From: an uncultured Alphaproteobacteria bacterium
GTDB taxonomy: Bacteria > Pseudomonadota > Alphaproteobacteria > Rhodobacterales > Rhodobacteraceae
Direction of reading: 5' to 3'
DNA length: 64,000 nucleotides
Assembly (NCBI GenBank): GCA_902596985.1
Contig: CACJWR010000004.1
Span: 2,492-66,491 of the forward strand
Shown here: positions 1 through 10,507 of the stretch, in pieces
Position numbering within the stretch: the stretch's first letter is position 1
Layout: every line of letters starts with the position of its first letter
Program-made: the position numbers and the translations under genes
Notes under the pieces: model-generated
What the model was told of the DNA's origin: nothing
Seen by the model: the letters and a program-made list of their open reading frames with translations, nothing else
Databases searched by the model: none

Positions 1-1
1 T

Positions 2-1093
2 AATGACTATGATCTGGTCATTGCAGAAGGCGCAGGTAGTTTAGCAGAAGTTAATCTCAGAAAGGCTGATATCGCAAATATGGGATTTGCTTCAGTTTTG
101 CGTGTTCCTGTAATAGTAACAGCAGATATTGAAAGAGGTGGGGTTATTGCTCAGCTTATAGGTACAAAAGAAGTCCTTGATCAAAACGACTTAAACTTAA
201 TTGAAGGGTTTATTATAAATAAGTTTCGTGGAGACAAAAGTTTGTTTGATGATGGGGTTGCCTTCATTGAAAAGAAAACAGATTGGAGGAGTTTTGGGGT
301 TATGCCCTTTTTTGACAAAGCAAAATTATTCCCAGCAGAGGATAGTCAAGATCTCAAGAGTAGTTTCGGCACCGGCAAGTGCGTAATTTCGGTCTTAAAG
401 CTATCTCGTATTGCAAACTTTGATGATTTTGATCCTCTCAAAATCGACAATCGATTAAAATTACAATTTGTCGAACCTGGCAATCCTATACCAGCAGATA
501 CGAATTTGATTATAATACCAGGAACAAAGTCAACAATAGCAGACCTAAAATTTCTTAAATGCCAAGGCTGGGACATCGATCTTAAAGCGCATTACAGAAG
601 AGGAGGTTCTATATTGGGAATTTGTGGGGGTTACCAAATTTTAGGTAACGAAATCATAGATGATCAAGGATATGACGGTACACCATCGAAAGCAAAAGGT
701 CTTGGTCTCCTAAACGTTAAAACAAAAATGGGGAAAGAAAAGAATCTTGGAAAAAAAGACTTTATCAGCAATATAAATGGGAAAAAAATTTCCGGTTATG
801 AAATACATTTAGGTATTACCTCTGGAAGTGATTGTAATAATCCCTTCGCCACCTTAAGAAACAAAAAAGATGGTGCAATATCGTCCAATGGTCTCGTGAT
901 GGGTACCTATCTTCATGGCTTGTTTTTTTCTGACGAATTTAGAAATAAATTTGTAGCTAAATTAAGTTCAGAAGAGAAAAAAGAAGACGTCTCTTTCCAT
1001 GACACTATTGATTTAATTTTAGAGGAATTTGTGAAGGTGATAGAGGATAATCTTGATGTTGATTCAATATTATCTGTTGCCAGAAATATCTAA
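2..1093 (+). CDS. cobQ: Cobyric acid synthase (5' end outside the window)
   Basis: The frame is open from base 2 (NDYDLVIAEGAGSLAEVNLR). It has the INKFRGD, IANFDDFDPL, GICGGYQ, GYEIH and GTYLHG glutamine amidotransferase motifs. Confidence 0.95.
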   Translation, partial: NDYDLVIAEGAGSLAEVNLRKADIANMGFASVLRVPVIVTADIERGGVIAQLIGTKEVLDQNDLNLIEGFIINKFRGDKSLFDDGVAFIEKKTDWRSFGVMPFFDKAKLFPAEDSQDLKSSFGTGKCVISVLKLSRIANFDDFDPLKIDNRLKLQFVEPGNPIPADTNLIIIPGTKSTIADLKFLKCQGWDIDLKAHYRRGGSILGICGGYQILGNEIIDDQGYDGTPSKAKGLGLLNVKTKMGKEKNLGKKDFISNINGKKISGYEIHLGITSGSDCNNPFATLRNKKDGAISSNGLVMGTYLHGLFFSDEFRNKFVAKLSSEEKKEDVSFHDTIDLILEEFVKVIEDNLDVDSILSVARNI

Positions 1094-2074
1094 TTATTGA
1101 TTGAGCGCCCGTCTAACTCTTGTCCACTCATACTTTGAAGTTGGAATACCAAGTCTTACCCAGGTTTCAGAATAATCAAAAGTTCTAATCCAAATATAAT
1201 GGGCCGCAAATTGCTCTTCAACTTCAAGACAATTCGAAGTGGCGTACGTATGAAATAAATTAGTTTTTCCAACTAATTTCCAATTTTTTGTATTACAAGC
1301 TTCATGCAAAACATTACTCCCTTCAAGCAATATTTTTTCCATTGCAGATATCCAAGTTTTGTCATTCAGGGCAATTATGCCAATTTCGGCAGCTACGCTA
1401 GAAACTGGCCAAGGTCCTAACATTCCTCTTACCGATTTAATAAAATCAGAGGGGCCTGATACAAATCCAAGTCTTACGCCTGCTAAGCCAAAGAATTTTC
1501 CCAGTGAGTTAATTTGTATTACATTATCGAACTTTTGAATTCTTCTCGAAGAGAACATTTTAAAGCTTTCATCAATAATCAAAATTCTTACTTTTTTTGA
1601 CAAATCGTCAAGTATCTCTTCGGCAATCACTTTACCTGTAGGATTATTAGGATTAACTATAATAGCAATATCACTAGAGGATAGTTTTGAAACCTCAGAT
1701 ACTGTCTCGGCTTTAATTCCGGAACTTTTGAAAGCTTTTTCATACTCATTATATGTTGGTCCAAGTATAGCTACTGAATTATAATTTTTTAAGCATATAG
1801 GTAAGAGGCTAATAATTTGTTGAGCCCCCTGAACAGCTGCGGTATCAGTGCCTTCTGCGACCTTATATGCTCTCGATGCAGCTTTCTCTAAACCCATCAA
1901 AAGCTTACTACTTGGTAAGTCTCTTAACTCGACGTTTACGCTTTCCTGCCATGGATACGAGGTTCTATTTATACCAGTAGAGAGGTCTATCCAATCTGCT
2001 CTTTGCCCTCCATATTTTTTTATGGCAAGGTCAATATCACCACCGTGTTGTATATTAAGATCCTTATTACCCAT
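1094..2074 (-). CDS. cobC: Threonine-phosphate decarboxylase (CobC in aerobic-pathway naming, CobD in Salmonella)
   Basis: HGG...WIDLSTGIN, NPNNPTG, DESF and SLGKFFGLAGVRLG (PLP lysine); adjacent to cbiB and cobQ. Confidence 0.9.
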   Translation of the reverse strand: MGNKDLNIQHGGDIDLAIKKYGGQRADWIDLSTGINRTSYPWQESVNVELRDLPSSKLLMGLEKAASRAYKVAEGTDTAAVQGAQQIISLLPICLKNYNSVAILGPTYNEYEKAFKSSGIKAETVSEVSKLSSSDIAIIVNPNNPTGKVIAEEILDDLSKKVRILIIDESFKMFSSRRIQKFDNVIQINSLGKFFGLAGVRLGFVSGPSDFIKSVRGMLGPWPVSSVAAEIGIIALNDKTWISAMEKILLEGSNVLHEACNTKNWKLVGKTNLFHTYATSNCLEVEEQFAAHYIWIRTFDYSETWVRLGIPTSKYEWTRVRRALNQ

Positions 2075-3038
2075 TCATGAACCAAAAATTGAGAGCAAAG
2101 AGTATTACGTATATCTCAATAATAATATAAATATAATATTTAAGAGCTGTTGAGAGGTTTTCTTTGTTAGGTAAAGGGTGCCCAACGTTGATAGTAGGCT
2201 GTTCGATAAGTATGCCCTTTGATCGTTTTGGCCCAAGAAGAGATATCCCAAGAATGTACGCGAATGTTGCTTGTGGCCATCCAGCATTTGGAGAAGTGCT
2301 TGCTTTTGCATTCTTTAAAGAAAATAGAAATGTTTTAATTGGTTTAAGAGTAAGGCCACAAAAGAGAACTGAAGACAATCTCGCTGGCACCCAATTTACA
2401 AAGTCATCAACGTTAGCGCTAAACCAGCCAAAGTCTAAGAACTTATTGTTCTTATACCCTACCATACTGTCCAACGTATTTATCGCTTTATAAAAAACTA
2501 TGCCAGGAAGTCCAAAAAGAAATGCCCAAAATAAAGGAGCGATTATTCCATCAGACGTGTTCTCAGATAAGCTTTCGATGGCCCCACCACATATAGTATT
2601 TTCATCGGAATTTGTTAAGTCCCTACCGACTATTTTTGAGAGCGCTGCCCGAGAAGCAATTAAGTCTTTTTTGTCAAGCGCATCCGCGACATCTTTAACA
2701 TGTGTGTAGAGAGATTTAGTTGCTAAAAATGGCCAAATTAATAATGCTTGGATAACAAAACCATAATAAAAATTTAAAAGCATTTGCTCTATCAAAAAAG
2801 CTATCGCTGTTATTGGGAACACGGTTAGAAAAAAAGTTAAAGTCCCAAGGAGTTTAAGTGATTTTTTCGAGTATTCTCTCTTATTTAGTAAGTGTTCAAA
2901 ATATGATATTACTTTGCCAATCCAAGTAACTGGGTGCCCAATATTCTCGTAAACTTTTTCTGGCCACCCTATTACAATATCGAGGGTTAGGGCTATTAAG
3001 AGTATTAAGGGGACCATAAAATAAATTTCAGAGTACAT
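2067..3038 (-). CDS. cbiB: Adenosylcobinamide-phosphate synthase CbiB/CobD
   Basis: HPVTWIG, IVGRD, ESLSENTSDGIIAP, YKAINTLDSMVGY and SPNAGWP motifs. The start is uncertain (3080 TTG, 3038 or 3017 ATG). Confidence 0.93.
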   Translation of the reverse strand: MYSEIYFMVPLILLIALTLDIVIGWPEKVYENIGHPVTWIGKVISYFEHLLNKREYSKKSLKLLGTLTFFLTVFPITAIAFLIEQMLLNFYYGFVIQALLIWPFLATKSLYTHVKDVADALDKKDLIASRAALSKIVGRDLTNSDENTICGGAIESLSENTSDGIIAPLFWAFLFGLPGIVFYKAINTLDSMVGYKNNKFLDFGWFSANVDDFVNWVPARLSSVLFCGLTLKPIKTFLFSLKNAKASTSPNAGWPQATFAYILGISLLGPKRSKGILIEQPTINVGHPLPNKENLSTALKYYIYIIIEIYVILFALNFWFMNG

Positions 3039-3116
3039 GGTAATAATCAGTTGTCTTTGCCTTAAAATTTTTATATCCAAACTACAGTCGTTTTAACATA
3101 TCCATATTGAGTTTTT

Positions 3117-4142
3117 ATGAAAAAATTAGAATTAGTCCACACTATAGATGATATTTTTAATTTAGTGGATAGCGCACCAACATGGTCCAAAGAATTAAAA
3201 GAAAAAGCTGTTGAAAGACAAAAGAACTTGTTGAAACCAGCCAATTCCCTAGGTCAGCTTGAAGACATAGCAGTTTTTTTGTCATCTTGGGGCAAAAAGA
3301 CTATGAAAGACATGGAGAAAATATCCACTATTGTATTTGCTGGTAATCATGGTGTGTGTAGACAATCAATAAACCCATTTCCCCAAGAAGTTACTTTTCA
3401 GATGGTAGAAACGTTTAAATTGGGAAAAGCAGCAATAAATAAGATATGTGAGTCAAACGAAATCAATCTAGAGGTTATCCCGATCGATCTAGAAAAACCA
3501 ACGGCTGATATATCCATTGGACGTGCCATGGATGAAACGGAGTTTATTAAGTCCTTTAACATAGGGTTGCGTGCAGTTTCAGAGAATATGGATTTAATTA
3601 CATTGGGAGAAATGGGAATTGGTAATACAACAATTGCATCTGCATTATGTTATTATTTTTTTAATAACGATGTAAGTTCATGGGTAGGACCAGGAACTGG
3701 CTCTAACCAAGATCAAGTGATACATAAGGGCAAAATAATTGAAAGAGCAGTAAAGACAAATCGGCCTGATATTGTAAGACCTCTCGATGCAGGAGTATCC
3801 CTAGGCGGTAGAGAACAAGCAGCGATTTGTGGAGCTGTAGTAGCTGCGAAGCATTATTCGGTGCCAGTAATTTTAGATGGTTTTATTTGTACTGCAGCAG
3901 TATTACCGATTTTCTTCGAAAGGAAGGATATCCTTGATCATTGTTTATTTGGGCACTGCTCTAAGGAACCAGGGCATCAGTTGCTACTAAAGATGTTAAA
4001 CAAAAAGCCTATTTTGCGTCTAGATATGGCCTTAGGGGAAGGGTCCGGTGCTGCCCTAGCTACTTCCATAGTCAAAGCGGCTTTCAAGTGTCATGTAGAA
4101 ATGGCAACGTTTGAAGATTCAGGAGTTTCTGGAAAACAATAA
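3117..4142 (+). CDS. cobT: Nicotinate-nucleotide--dimethylbenzimidazole phosphoribosyltransferase
   Basis: KPANSLGQLE, FAGNHGV, GEMGIGNTT, GPGTG, LDGFI and LGEGSGAAL motifs. Confidence 0.93.
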   Translation: MKKLELVHTIDDIFNLVDSAPTWSKELKEKAVERQKNLLKPANSLGQLEDIAVFLSSWGKKTMKDMEKISTIVFAGNHGVCRQSINPFPQEVTFQMVETFKLGKAAINKICESNEINLEVIPIDLEKPTADISIGRAMDETEFIKSFNIGLRAVSENMDLITLGEMGIGNTTIASALCYYFFNNDVSSWVGPGTGSNQDQVIHKGKIIERAVKTNRPDIVRPLDAGVSLGGREQAAICGAVVAAKHYSVPVILDGFICTAAVLPIFFERKDILDHCLFGHCSKEPGHQLLLKMLNKKPILRLDMALGEGSGAALATSIVKAAFKCHVEMATFEDSGVSGKQ

Positions 4143-4143
4143 G

Positions 4144-4659
4144 CTATGATTTCCAGCTGGTTATCCTTTGCATAATATTATCCTCAAGAAAAATTTGATG
4201 ATAAGCAACGCCAATGAGGTGAGTCATTATAAAGAGGTATAATATATTAACTAGAATTTTGTGAGCTATACCCAGATCGATATTGACAGTTGAAAAGGCC
4301 AATAGACCGGTAATAGGAATAGTAAAAAGAATAAAGTAAATCCCCAAATGCACAAAAGTTGATAAAAATTTCAATAAAGCATTTGTTTTCTTTGTGGGAG
4401 TAGGGACACCAAATTTTATTCTTAGAAAGATTCTAACAGCCATAAGTAAAAATATAAATACGCCTCCTAATATATGAAATTGACTATTGCTTGTATTTCC
4501 ATTGTTGGTGATGGCCTCATTACGAAGTGCTGAAAATTCTAAGGCAATTTTATCGCCAGTGATCATTTGGAACAAGATGATGACAACTACTAGCCAGTGG
4601 ATAAGGATGTGAAATTTATTATAATGAGTTGGAATATTTAAACTTTTATTTGCAGACAT
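4144..4659 (-). CDS. Cytochrome b561 family membrane protein
   Basis: Four hydrophobic helices with heme-ligand histidines (LIHW, FHILGG, AHK, THLIGVAYH). Its start overlaps the selO stop (TAATG). Confidence 0.8.
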   Translation of the reverse strand: MSANKSLNIPTHYNKFHILIHWLVVVIILFQMITGDKIALEFSALRNEAITNNGNTSNSQFHILGGVFIFLLMAVRIFLRIKFGVPTPTKKTNALLKFLSTFVHLGIYFILFTIPITGLLAFSTVNIDLGIAHKILVNILYLFIMTHLIGVAYHQIFLEDNIMQRITSWKS

Positions 4660-6143
4660 TATGTCCCACAGAAAGTTTGATGCACCACTTCGCTATCTTT
4701 TGGTGCATTATAAAACGTTTCATGATTTTCCTTTACTTCGAAAGGAGTAATTAAAAGATCACATAGAATCTCAAAATCAGAAAAATCACCCTTTGTTGCT
4801 TTCCCAATAGCCTGTTCTACAAGATGGTTTCTCATAATAAACTCAGGGTTACTTGAACTTAGCAATTCAATTGCCTCGGTCTTACTCTTGCTATTTTCCT
4901 GTAATAATTTTCTCCAATTGCCTAACCATTGACTAACAGCGTGCTGGTTCTCCTCATCTGAATTTCTAAAATTATTTAAGAAAATAGTGTCGTCTTCTTT
5001 AATTAGCGTTGCTTTTAGTGACTTAAGAGTCCCGGTAAAATCTGCTTTACCAGCCTCCATTAAATTCAGTAAATCGGAATAAAGCGAGCTTGTTTTTTTT
5101 GAGTTATTTTTAAACCCCAATTTGTGTGATATTAAAATATCTAAAGAATTGTTGAAATTTTTATCAAAATCAAAAAGAATTTCTTCAACTACTTTTATTG
5201 CGTCTGATGTATTCTTTGAAATTAAAAATAAAATGGTTTCTGCCAACCTGCTTAGGTTCCATGGAGTTACGCGTGATTGGTTAGAGAAAGCGTATCTTCC
5301 ATACTGGTCTATTGAGCTAAAAACTTTATTTGCTTCATAAGAGTCCATAAACGCACATGGCCCATAATCGATTGTCTCGCAAGATATGGAGGTATTATCT
5401 GTATTCATTACACCGTGAATAAAACCAACTGAGTTCCATTGAGCCACTAAGCTAGCTTGACCTTTAACTATTCTCTCAAAAAATAATTTATATTTTTCCT
5501 TGTTATCAGAGAGGTCTGGATGGCTTCTTTCAATCATAAAATCAGCCAACTTTCTTATATGGTCCTTCTGATTTCTTATTGCAAAAAACTCAAATGTACC
5601 AACTCTAACATGGCTTTTTGCAACCCTTGCAAGCATCGCTCCAGGGGAAACTTCTGCTCTAACAACCTTTTCCCCGGTTAATAAAACAGCTAAAGACCTA
5701 GTGGTAGGAACTCCCAAATGGTGCATACTCTCCGAAATTAGGTACTCTCTAATAACAGGTCCTATTCCCGCTCTACCATCTCCTCCTCGAGAGAAGTATG
5801 TTTTTCCACTTCCTTTTAGTTGTATGTCTCGCCTCACACCATCTTGACAAATTTTGTCTCCCAGTAGAACTGCGCGGCCGTCTCCTAATTGTGGTACCAA
5901 ATGCCCGAATTGATGCCCTGCGTATGCTAGAGAAATAGAATTAGGAAGTGTTTTGGAATTTTTCCCACTTAGAAATCTAAGGCCAGATTGACTTTTTAAA
6001 AAACCAATATCGATGTTAAGCAAGTCCGCTAATTGTTCGTTTATCGTAACCACATTGACATCAGGCATAGCCTCTGCCTCTGTATACCTGAAAAACTCTT
6101 GAGGCAGAGATGTGTATGTATTCTCCAAATTAATGGAATTCAT
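4659..6143 (-). CDS. selO: Protein adenylyltransferase SelO (YdiU)
   Basis: YAGHQFG, LGDGRA, QLKGSG, SRGGDGRA, GFIHGVMNTDN and IDYGP motifs; C-terminus TFCGT. Confidence 0.93.
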   Translation of the reverse strand: MNSINLENTYTSLPQEFFRYTEAEAMPDVNVVTINEQLADLLNIDIGFLKSQSGLRFLSGKNSKTLPNSISLAYAGHQFGHLVPQLGDGRAVLLGDKICQDGVRRDIQLKGSGKTYFSRGGDGRAGIGPVIREYLISESMHHLGVPTTRSLAVLLTGEKVVRAEVSPGAMLARVAKSHVRVGTFEFFAIRNQKDHIRKLADFMIERSHPDLSDNKEKYKLFFERIVKGQASLVAQWNSVGFIHGVMNTDNTSISCETIDYGPCAFMDSYEANKVFSSIDQYGRYAFSNQSRVTPWNLSRLAETILFLISKNTSDAIKVVEEILFDFDKNFNNSLDILISHKLGFKNNSKKTSSLYSDLLNLMEAGKADFTGTLKSLKATLIKEDDTIFLNNFRNSDEENQHAVSQWLGNWRKLLQENSKSKTEAIELLSSSNPEFIMRNHLVEQAIGKATKGDFSDFEILCDLLITPFEVKENHETFYNAPKDSEVVHQTFCGT

Positions 6144-6161
6144 TATCAAATCTTCGTTCGA

Positions 6162-7481
6162 TTAATTCCCGTGTTTGTTTAGGGTACTCCTAAACTTTTC
6201 AATGATCTCATCAATATGTTTATGTTCAGAAATGAACATTGGAGCTACAATTCCTGAGTCACCAGTAAATTTGACGTGTAGACCCTCCCAGAACAACTCT
6301 TTTTGGAATTTTGTTCCTCTTTTTCCTGGATTCCCGTCGGCATGAAGCTCTACTCCACCCATCATCCCAATTCCTCTCACATCTTTTACTAGTGGATGAT
6401 CGCAGAGTGAAAAAAGAGCATCAAGAAAATAACCAGACATTTCATTAGCTCTGTTAAATAAATCTTCTTCTTCATATATTTCCAGTGATGCCAAACCCGC
6501 TGCACATGAACCTGGGTGACCTGAATAAGTATATCCGTGAAAAAACTCAATAGTATCTGGGTTAGAGTTATCTGTAACAGTTTCATAAATATGGTCTTTG
6601 ACACATACTGCCCCCATTGGCATCGAACCATTTGTAATTGCCTTTGCCATTGTCATAATATCTGGCGTTACATCAAATTTTTGTGAAGCAAAAGGAGTTC
6701 CCATTCGACCAAAACCAGTTATTACTTCGTCAAAAACAAGTAAAATTCCATGTTCGTCACATATTTCTCTTAGTCTTTCAAGGTAGCCTTCGGGAGGTAC
6801 TAAGGTTCCTGTCGACCCTGCAACTGGCTCAACAAAACAAGCGGCGATGGTGTTGCCCCCATAAGCTTGTGCAAACCTTTCTAGGTCATTAGCTAGTTCA
6901 ACACCATTTTTAGGTTGCCCTTTAACTTTAAGCTCTTCTCCGGTCCATGTATGTCGCATTAACACAACGTTCGGCATAACTACGGGAAAGGTTCTTCGAT
7001 TATTAACCATTCCAGATAAAGATACTCCGCCAATATTGACCCCATGATAAGCTCTTTCTCTACTTACAAAACGATGCCTATTTTGGCCGGTAGCAGAATT
7101 ATAGGACATTATTATTTTTAATGCTGTATCTATAGCTTCGGAGCCTGAATTTACAAAAAATACATGGTTCATTTCTTCTGGAGTAAGTTCCGAGACTTTA
7201 TCTGCTAATTCGAAACTGGCTGGATGGCCCATACCAAAAGGAGATGTGTAGGTGTTCTTCTTCAGCTGATTGTGAACTGCTTCAATAATTTTTGGGTGAC
7301 AGTGTCCAGCAGGAGAACAAAATAAGCCAGAAGACCCATCAATGATTTTTGTATTCTTATGGCTAGTCATATATACACCTGAGGCTTCTGTAATAAGTCT
7401 TGGGTCTATCTTAAAGCCTCTGTTATCGGTAAACGGCATCCAATGGTTTTCTAATGAATTCTTAATAATATTATTGGCCAT
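6162..7481 (-). CDS. Class-III aminotransferase, beta-alanine/omega-amino acid--pyruvate type
   Basis: HWMPFT, NSGSEAIDTALK, AYHG, FDEVITGFGRMG, PDIMTMAK and HGYTYSGHP motifs. Confidence 0.85.
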   Translation of the reverse strand: MANNIIKNSLENHWMPFTDNRGFKIDPRLITEASGVYMTSHKNTKIIDGSSGLFCSPAGHCHPKIIEAVHNQLKKNTYTSPFGMGHPASFELADKVSELTPEEMNHVFFVNSGSEAIDTALKIIMSYNSATGQNRHRFVSRERAYHGVNIGGVSLSGMVNNRRTFPVVMPNVVLMRHTWTGEELKVKGQPKNGVELANDLERFAQAYGGNTIAACFVEPVAGSTGTLVPPEGYLERLREICDEHGILLVFDEVITGFGRMGTPFASQKFDVTPDIMTMAKAITNGSMPMGAVCVKDHIYETVTDNSNPDTIEFFHGYTYSGHPGSCAAGLASLEIYEEEDLFNRANEMSGYFLDALFSLCDHPLVKDVRGIGMMGGVELHADGNPGKRGTKFQKELFWEGLHVKFTGDSGIVAPMFISEHKHIDEIIEKFRSTLNKHGN

Positions 7482-7610
7482 TTGTCTAAATCCTATTTTT
7501 TAACGTTAAAAATGGTGGCAATGAAAAACTTCCCCCAAAACACTGTATTTTTTCAAACACAATACTATAATTAAAGTATCAAAATCCTAAAAAGTCAAAA
7601 GGGAATCTCT

Positions 7611-8828
7611 ATGAAAGACACTATCGAAGTAAAAGAAAAAAAAGTCAGGGACGCTTTTTTTAACTGGGCCGACCCATTTCTGATAACGGATCAACTTTCA
7701 GAAGAGGAAAGAATGATTAGCGAAACAGCTGCTTCTTTTGCTAATAAGGAGCTAAGCGTGCGAGTCGAAAAGGCTTATAACGAAGAAATTATAGACGAGG
7801 GTATTTTCAAACTCATGGGCGAAACCGGATTGCTAGGGTGTACAATACCGGAGGAATATGGGGGGTTAGGAGCTAATTATGTTTCATATGGATTAATAAC
7901 AAGAGAAATAGAGAAAGTGGACTCAGGCTACAGGTCTATGATGTCAGTTCAATCATCTCTTGTAATGTATCCAATATCTAAATTTGGATCCCAATCACAA
8001 AAAGAAAAATACTTACCAAAATTGGCATCTGGTGAAAGTATTGGCTGCTTTGGGCTAACAGAAGCAAACTCTGGTTCTGACCCAGCTTCAATGACAACAA
8101 AAGCAAAAAAAGTGGCCGGTGGATTTGAGCTGAATGGTTCAAAAATGTGGATTTCGAATGCTCCTATAGCAGATGTTTTCGTTATTTGGGCAAAGTCAGA
8201 ATTTCATGAAAATAAAATAAAAGGCTTCATATTAGAAAAGAATTTCGATGGACTAGAAACGAAGAAAATACTTGGAAAATTGAGCTTGCGGGCTTCTGTT
8301 ACTGGTGAAATAAGCTTTAATAATGTCTTTGTTCCTGAAGAAAATATTTTAGAGGATGTTGAAGGTTTGAAAGGACCTTTCAGTTGCTTAAACATGGCGA
8401 GATATGGCATAGCCTGGGGAGCGATGGGCGCTGCTGAATTTTGCTGGCATGCAGCTAGAGATTATGGTCTGTCGAGAAAGCAATTTAATAAGCCCTTGGC
8501 CGGGACCCAATTATTTCAGAAAAAATTGGCCGATATGCAAACCGAGATTACGTTAGGTCTCCAAGGAGCACTCAGGCTAGGTAGACTGATAGATGAGGAT
8601 CGCGGTGCACCAGAAGCAATAAGCCTGATGAAAAGAAACAATTGTGGTAAAGCACTGGACATCGCTCGTAAAGCAAGAGATATGCATGGAGGGAACGGTA
8701 TTTCCTCTGAGTACGGTGTAATGCGTCACGCCCAAAATTTAGAGACGGTTAACACCTACGAGGGTACACACGATATACATGCACTTATTTTGGGTAGAGC
8801 TCAAACAGGTATTCAAGCCTTTTTCTGA
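7611..8828 (+). CDS. gcdH: Glutaryl-CoA dehydrogenase
   Basis: [65 protein letters not shown]. Confidence 0.92.
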   Translation: MKDTIEVKEKKVRDAFFNWADPFLITDQLSEEERMISETAASFANKELSVRVEKAYNEEIIDEGIFKLMGETGLLGCTIPEEYGGLGANYVSYGLITREIEKVDSGYRSMMSVQSSLVMYPISKFGSQSQKEKYLPKLASGESIGCFGLTEANSGSDPASMTTKAKKVAGGFELNGSKMWISNAPIADVFVIWAKSEFHENKIKGFILEKNFDGLETKKILGKLSLRASVTGEISFNNVFVPEENILEDVEGLKGPFSCLNMARYGIAWGAMGAAEFCWHAARDYGLSRKQFNKPLAGTQLFQKKLADMQTEITLGLQGALRLGRLIDEDRGAPEAISLMKRNNCGKALDIARKARDMHGGNGISSEYGVMRHAQNLETVNTYEGTHDIHALILGRAQTGIQAFF

Positions 8829-9590
8829 TTAGGTCCGCAGCCTGTAGCCAGTTTTGAAAATTATGGCAATAATCAATAAACAGATCGCCATAAATGACAA
8901 TATAGCTACTATAGAAAGTGCTATTGGTATTTCAGATGTACCAAAGAAACTCCATCTAAAACCGCTTATAAGATAAAAAACAGGGTTAAGTAGTGATACC
9001 TTTTGCCAAAACTCAGGCAACATATCAATTGAGTAAAAGCTTCCTCCAAGAAATACTAGTGGGGTTACAAGTAGAGTGGGAATAATACTCAACTTTTCCC
9101 AGTTTTGTGCCCAGATACCAATTATGAATCCGAAAAGAGAAAAGGTGATTGCTGTCAAAATTATAAAAACAGCCATCACTAAAGGATATTTTATATCATG
9201 GGTAACAAATAGATTAGATGTAAGAAAGATCATCAAGCCAATTATCGTCGATTTTGAAGCCGCGGCACCTACATAACCAACAGTGGCTTCCAAAGAAGAA
9301 ACAGGTGCTGATAGGACTTCGAAAATTGAACCAACAAATTTTGGAAAATAAATTCCGAAGGCGGCGTTGTTGATACTTTCAGTCATCAGATAAAGCATTA
9401 TTAATCCTGGTACTATGAATGAGCCATATGAGACGCCATTAATCGATTCAATCTTTGACCCGATAGCTGCACCAAAGACAACAAAATAGAGGGAAGTCGT
9501 GATTATCGGAGCTACTAAGCTCTGAAAGATAGTCCGCCTAAAGCGAGCCATCTCAAATTTGTAAATTGTTATTGCAGCTTGAATGTTCAT
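8829..9590 (-). CDS. ABC-2 type transporter permease (YadH-like)
   Basis: Hydrophobic ABC-2 permease with FIVPGLIM, FLGGSFYSI and NPVFYLISGFR; paired with an ATPase gene. Confidence 0.88.
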   Translation of the reverse strand: MNIQAAITIYKFEMARFRRTIFQSLVAPIITTSLYFVVFGAAIGSKIESINGVSYGSFIVPGLIMLYLMTESINNAAFGIYFPKFVGSIFEVLSAPVSSLEATVGYVGAAASKSTIIGLMIFLTSNLFVTHDIKYPLVMAVFIILTAITFSLFGFIIGIWAQNWEKLSIIPTLLVTPLVFLGGSFYSIDMLPEFWQKVSLLNPVFYLISGFRWSFFGTSEIPIALSIVAILSFMAICLLIIAIIFKTGYRLRT

Positions 9591-10504
9591 TGCGTTTCAA
9601 CCAAATCCAAAAATATATCCTCTAATGAATTGTCCACTGTGTTGATTTCAGTAAAAAAGATACCATTCTGCGAAAGCAAATTCACAATAGATTGTAATTC
9701 ATTAGACGTATTGTTGATACCAACGAGCTTAAGCGTCATACCATTCTCTGTAAGTGAAATCTTTTTGTTTTTTTTCATAAAAGAAAGGTCTTTAAGCTTT
9801 TTACTCAATCTTATAAAAGTTGTTTTTTTACTAAATTCACTCATAAGAGTAGTTTTTTCTTTAACGAGAATAATCTCGCCTGAATTAATTATTCCAACTC
9901 TGTCGGCCAACTGTTCTGCTTCCTCGATATAATGTGTTGTAAGAATGATAGTAACGCCCATTTTTTTTTGATCTTCTATGAGCTTCCAGATGTCTCTTCT
10001 TAATGATACATCAACACCTGCGGTGGGTTCATCCAGAAATAGGATTTTGGGTTCATGTGCCAAAGCTTTAGCTATAAGGAGACGTCTTTTCATTCCTCCC
10101 GACAGACCAAAAATCTGTTCATCTCTTTTGTCAAAGAGTGACAAGGTTTTTAAAATTTTTTCAATATGATCTCTGCTGTCTTTTAATCCAAAGAGCCCTC
10201 TCGAAAATTGACATGAGTTATACACACTTTCAAACCCATCCAAAGGCAACTCTTGAGGAACTAACCCAATTTGATTTCTGGTTTCTTTGTATTGAGATAA
10301 AGTATCGAAATCATTAACTTTGATAGTCCCACTTGATTGCCTACATAATCCACATATAGCTGATATCAATGTCGTCTTTCCAGCACCGTTTGGCCCTAAT
10401 AAAGCGAAGATTTCACCTTTTTTGATTTCAAGGGAAACATTATTTAAAGCTTTATGCCTTCCAAATACTTTTGAGACATTCTCAATTGAAATTTGACTTT
10501 TCAT
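9587..10504 (-). CDS. ABC transporter ATP-binding protein (YadG-like)
   Basis: Walker A GPNGAGKT, signature LSGGM, Walker B LFLDEPT and H-loop. Confidence 0.92.
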   Translation of the reverse strand: MKSQISIENVSKVFGRHKALNNVSLEIKKGEIFALLGPNGAGKTTLISAICGLCRQSSGTIKVNDFDTLSQYKETRNQIGLVPQELPLDGFESVYNSCQFSRGLFGLKDSRDHIEKILKTLSLFDKRDEQIFGLSGGMKRRLLIAKALAHEPKILFLDEPTAGVDVSLRRDIWKLIEDQKKMGVTIILTTHYIEEAEQLADRVGIINSGEIILVKEKTTLMSEFSKKTTFIRLSKKLKDLSFMKKNKKISLTENGMTLKLVGINNTSNELQSIVNLLSQNGIFFTEINTVDNSLEDIFLDLVETQ

Positions 10505-10507
10505 AAC

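Noticed and set aside
4659..4680. Possible selenocysteine at the SelO C-terminus
   Set aside because: The protein ends TFCGT with a TAA stop; there is no in-frame TGA.
7495..7560. CCCCCAAAACACTGTA resembling part of a cobalamin riboswitch, plus a TTTTTAACGTTAAAAA palindrome
   Set aside because: The other riboswitch elements are missing, the spacer is too short and the flanking genes are unrelated to B12. AT palindromes are expected at this GC content.
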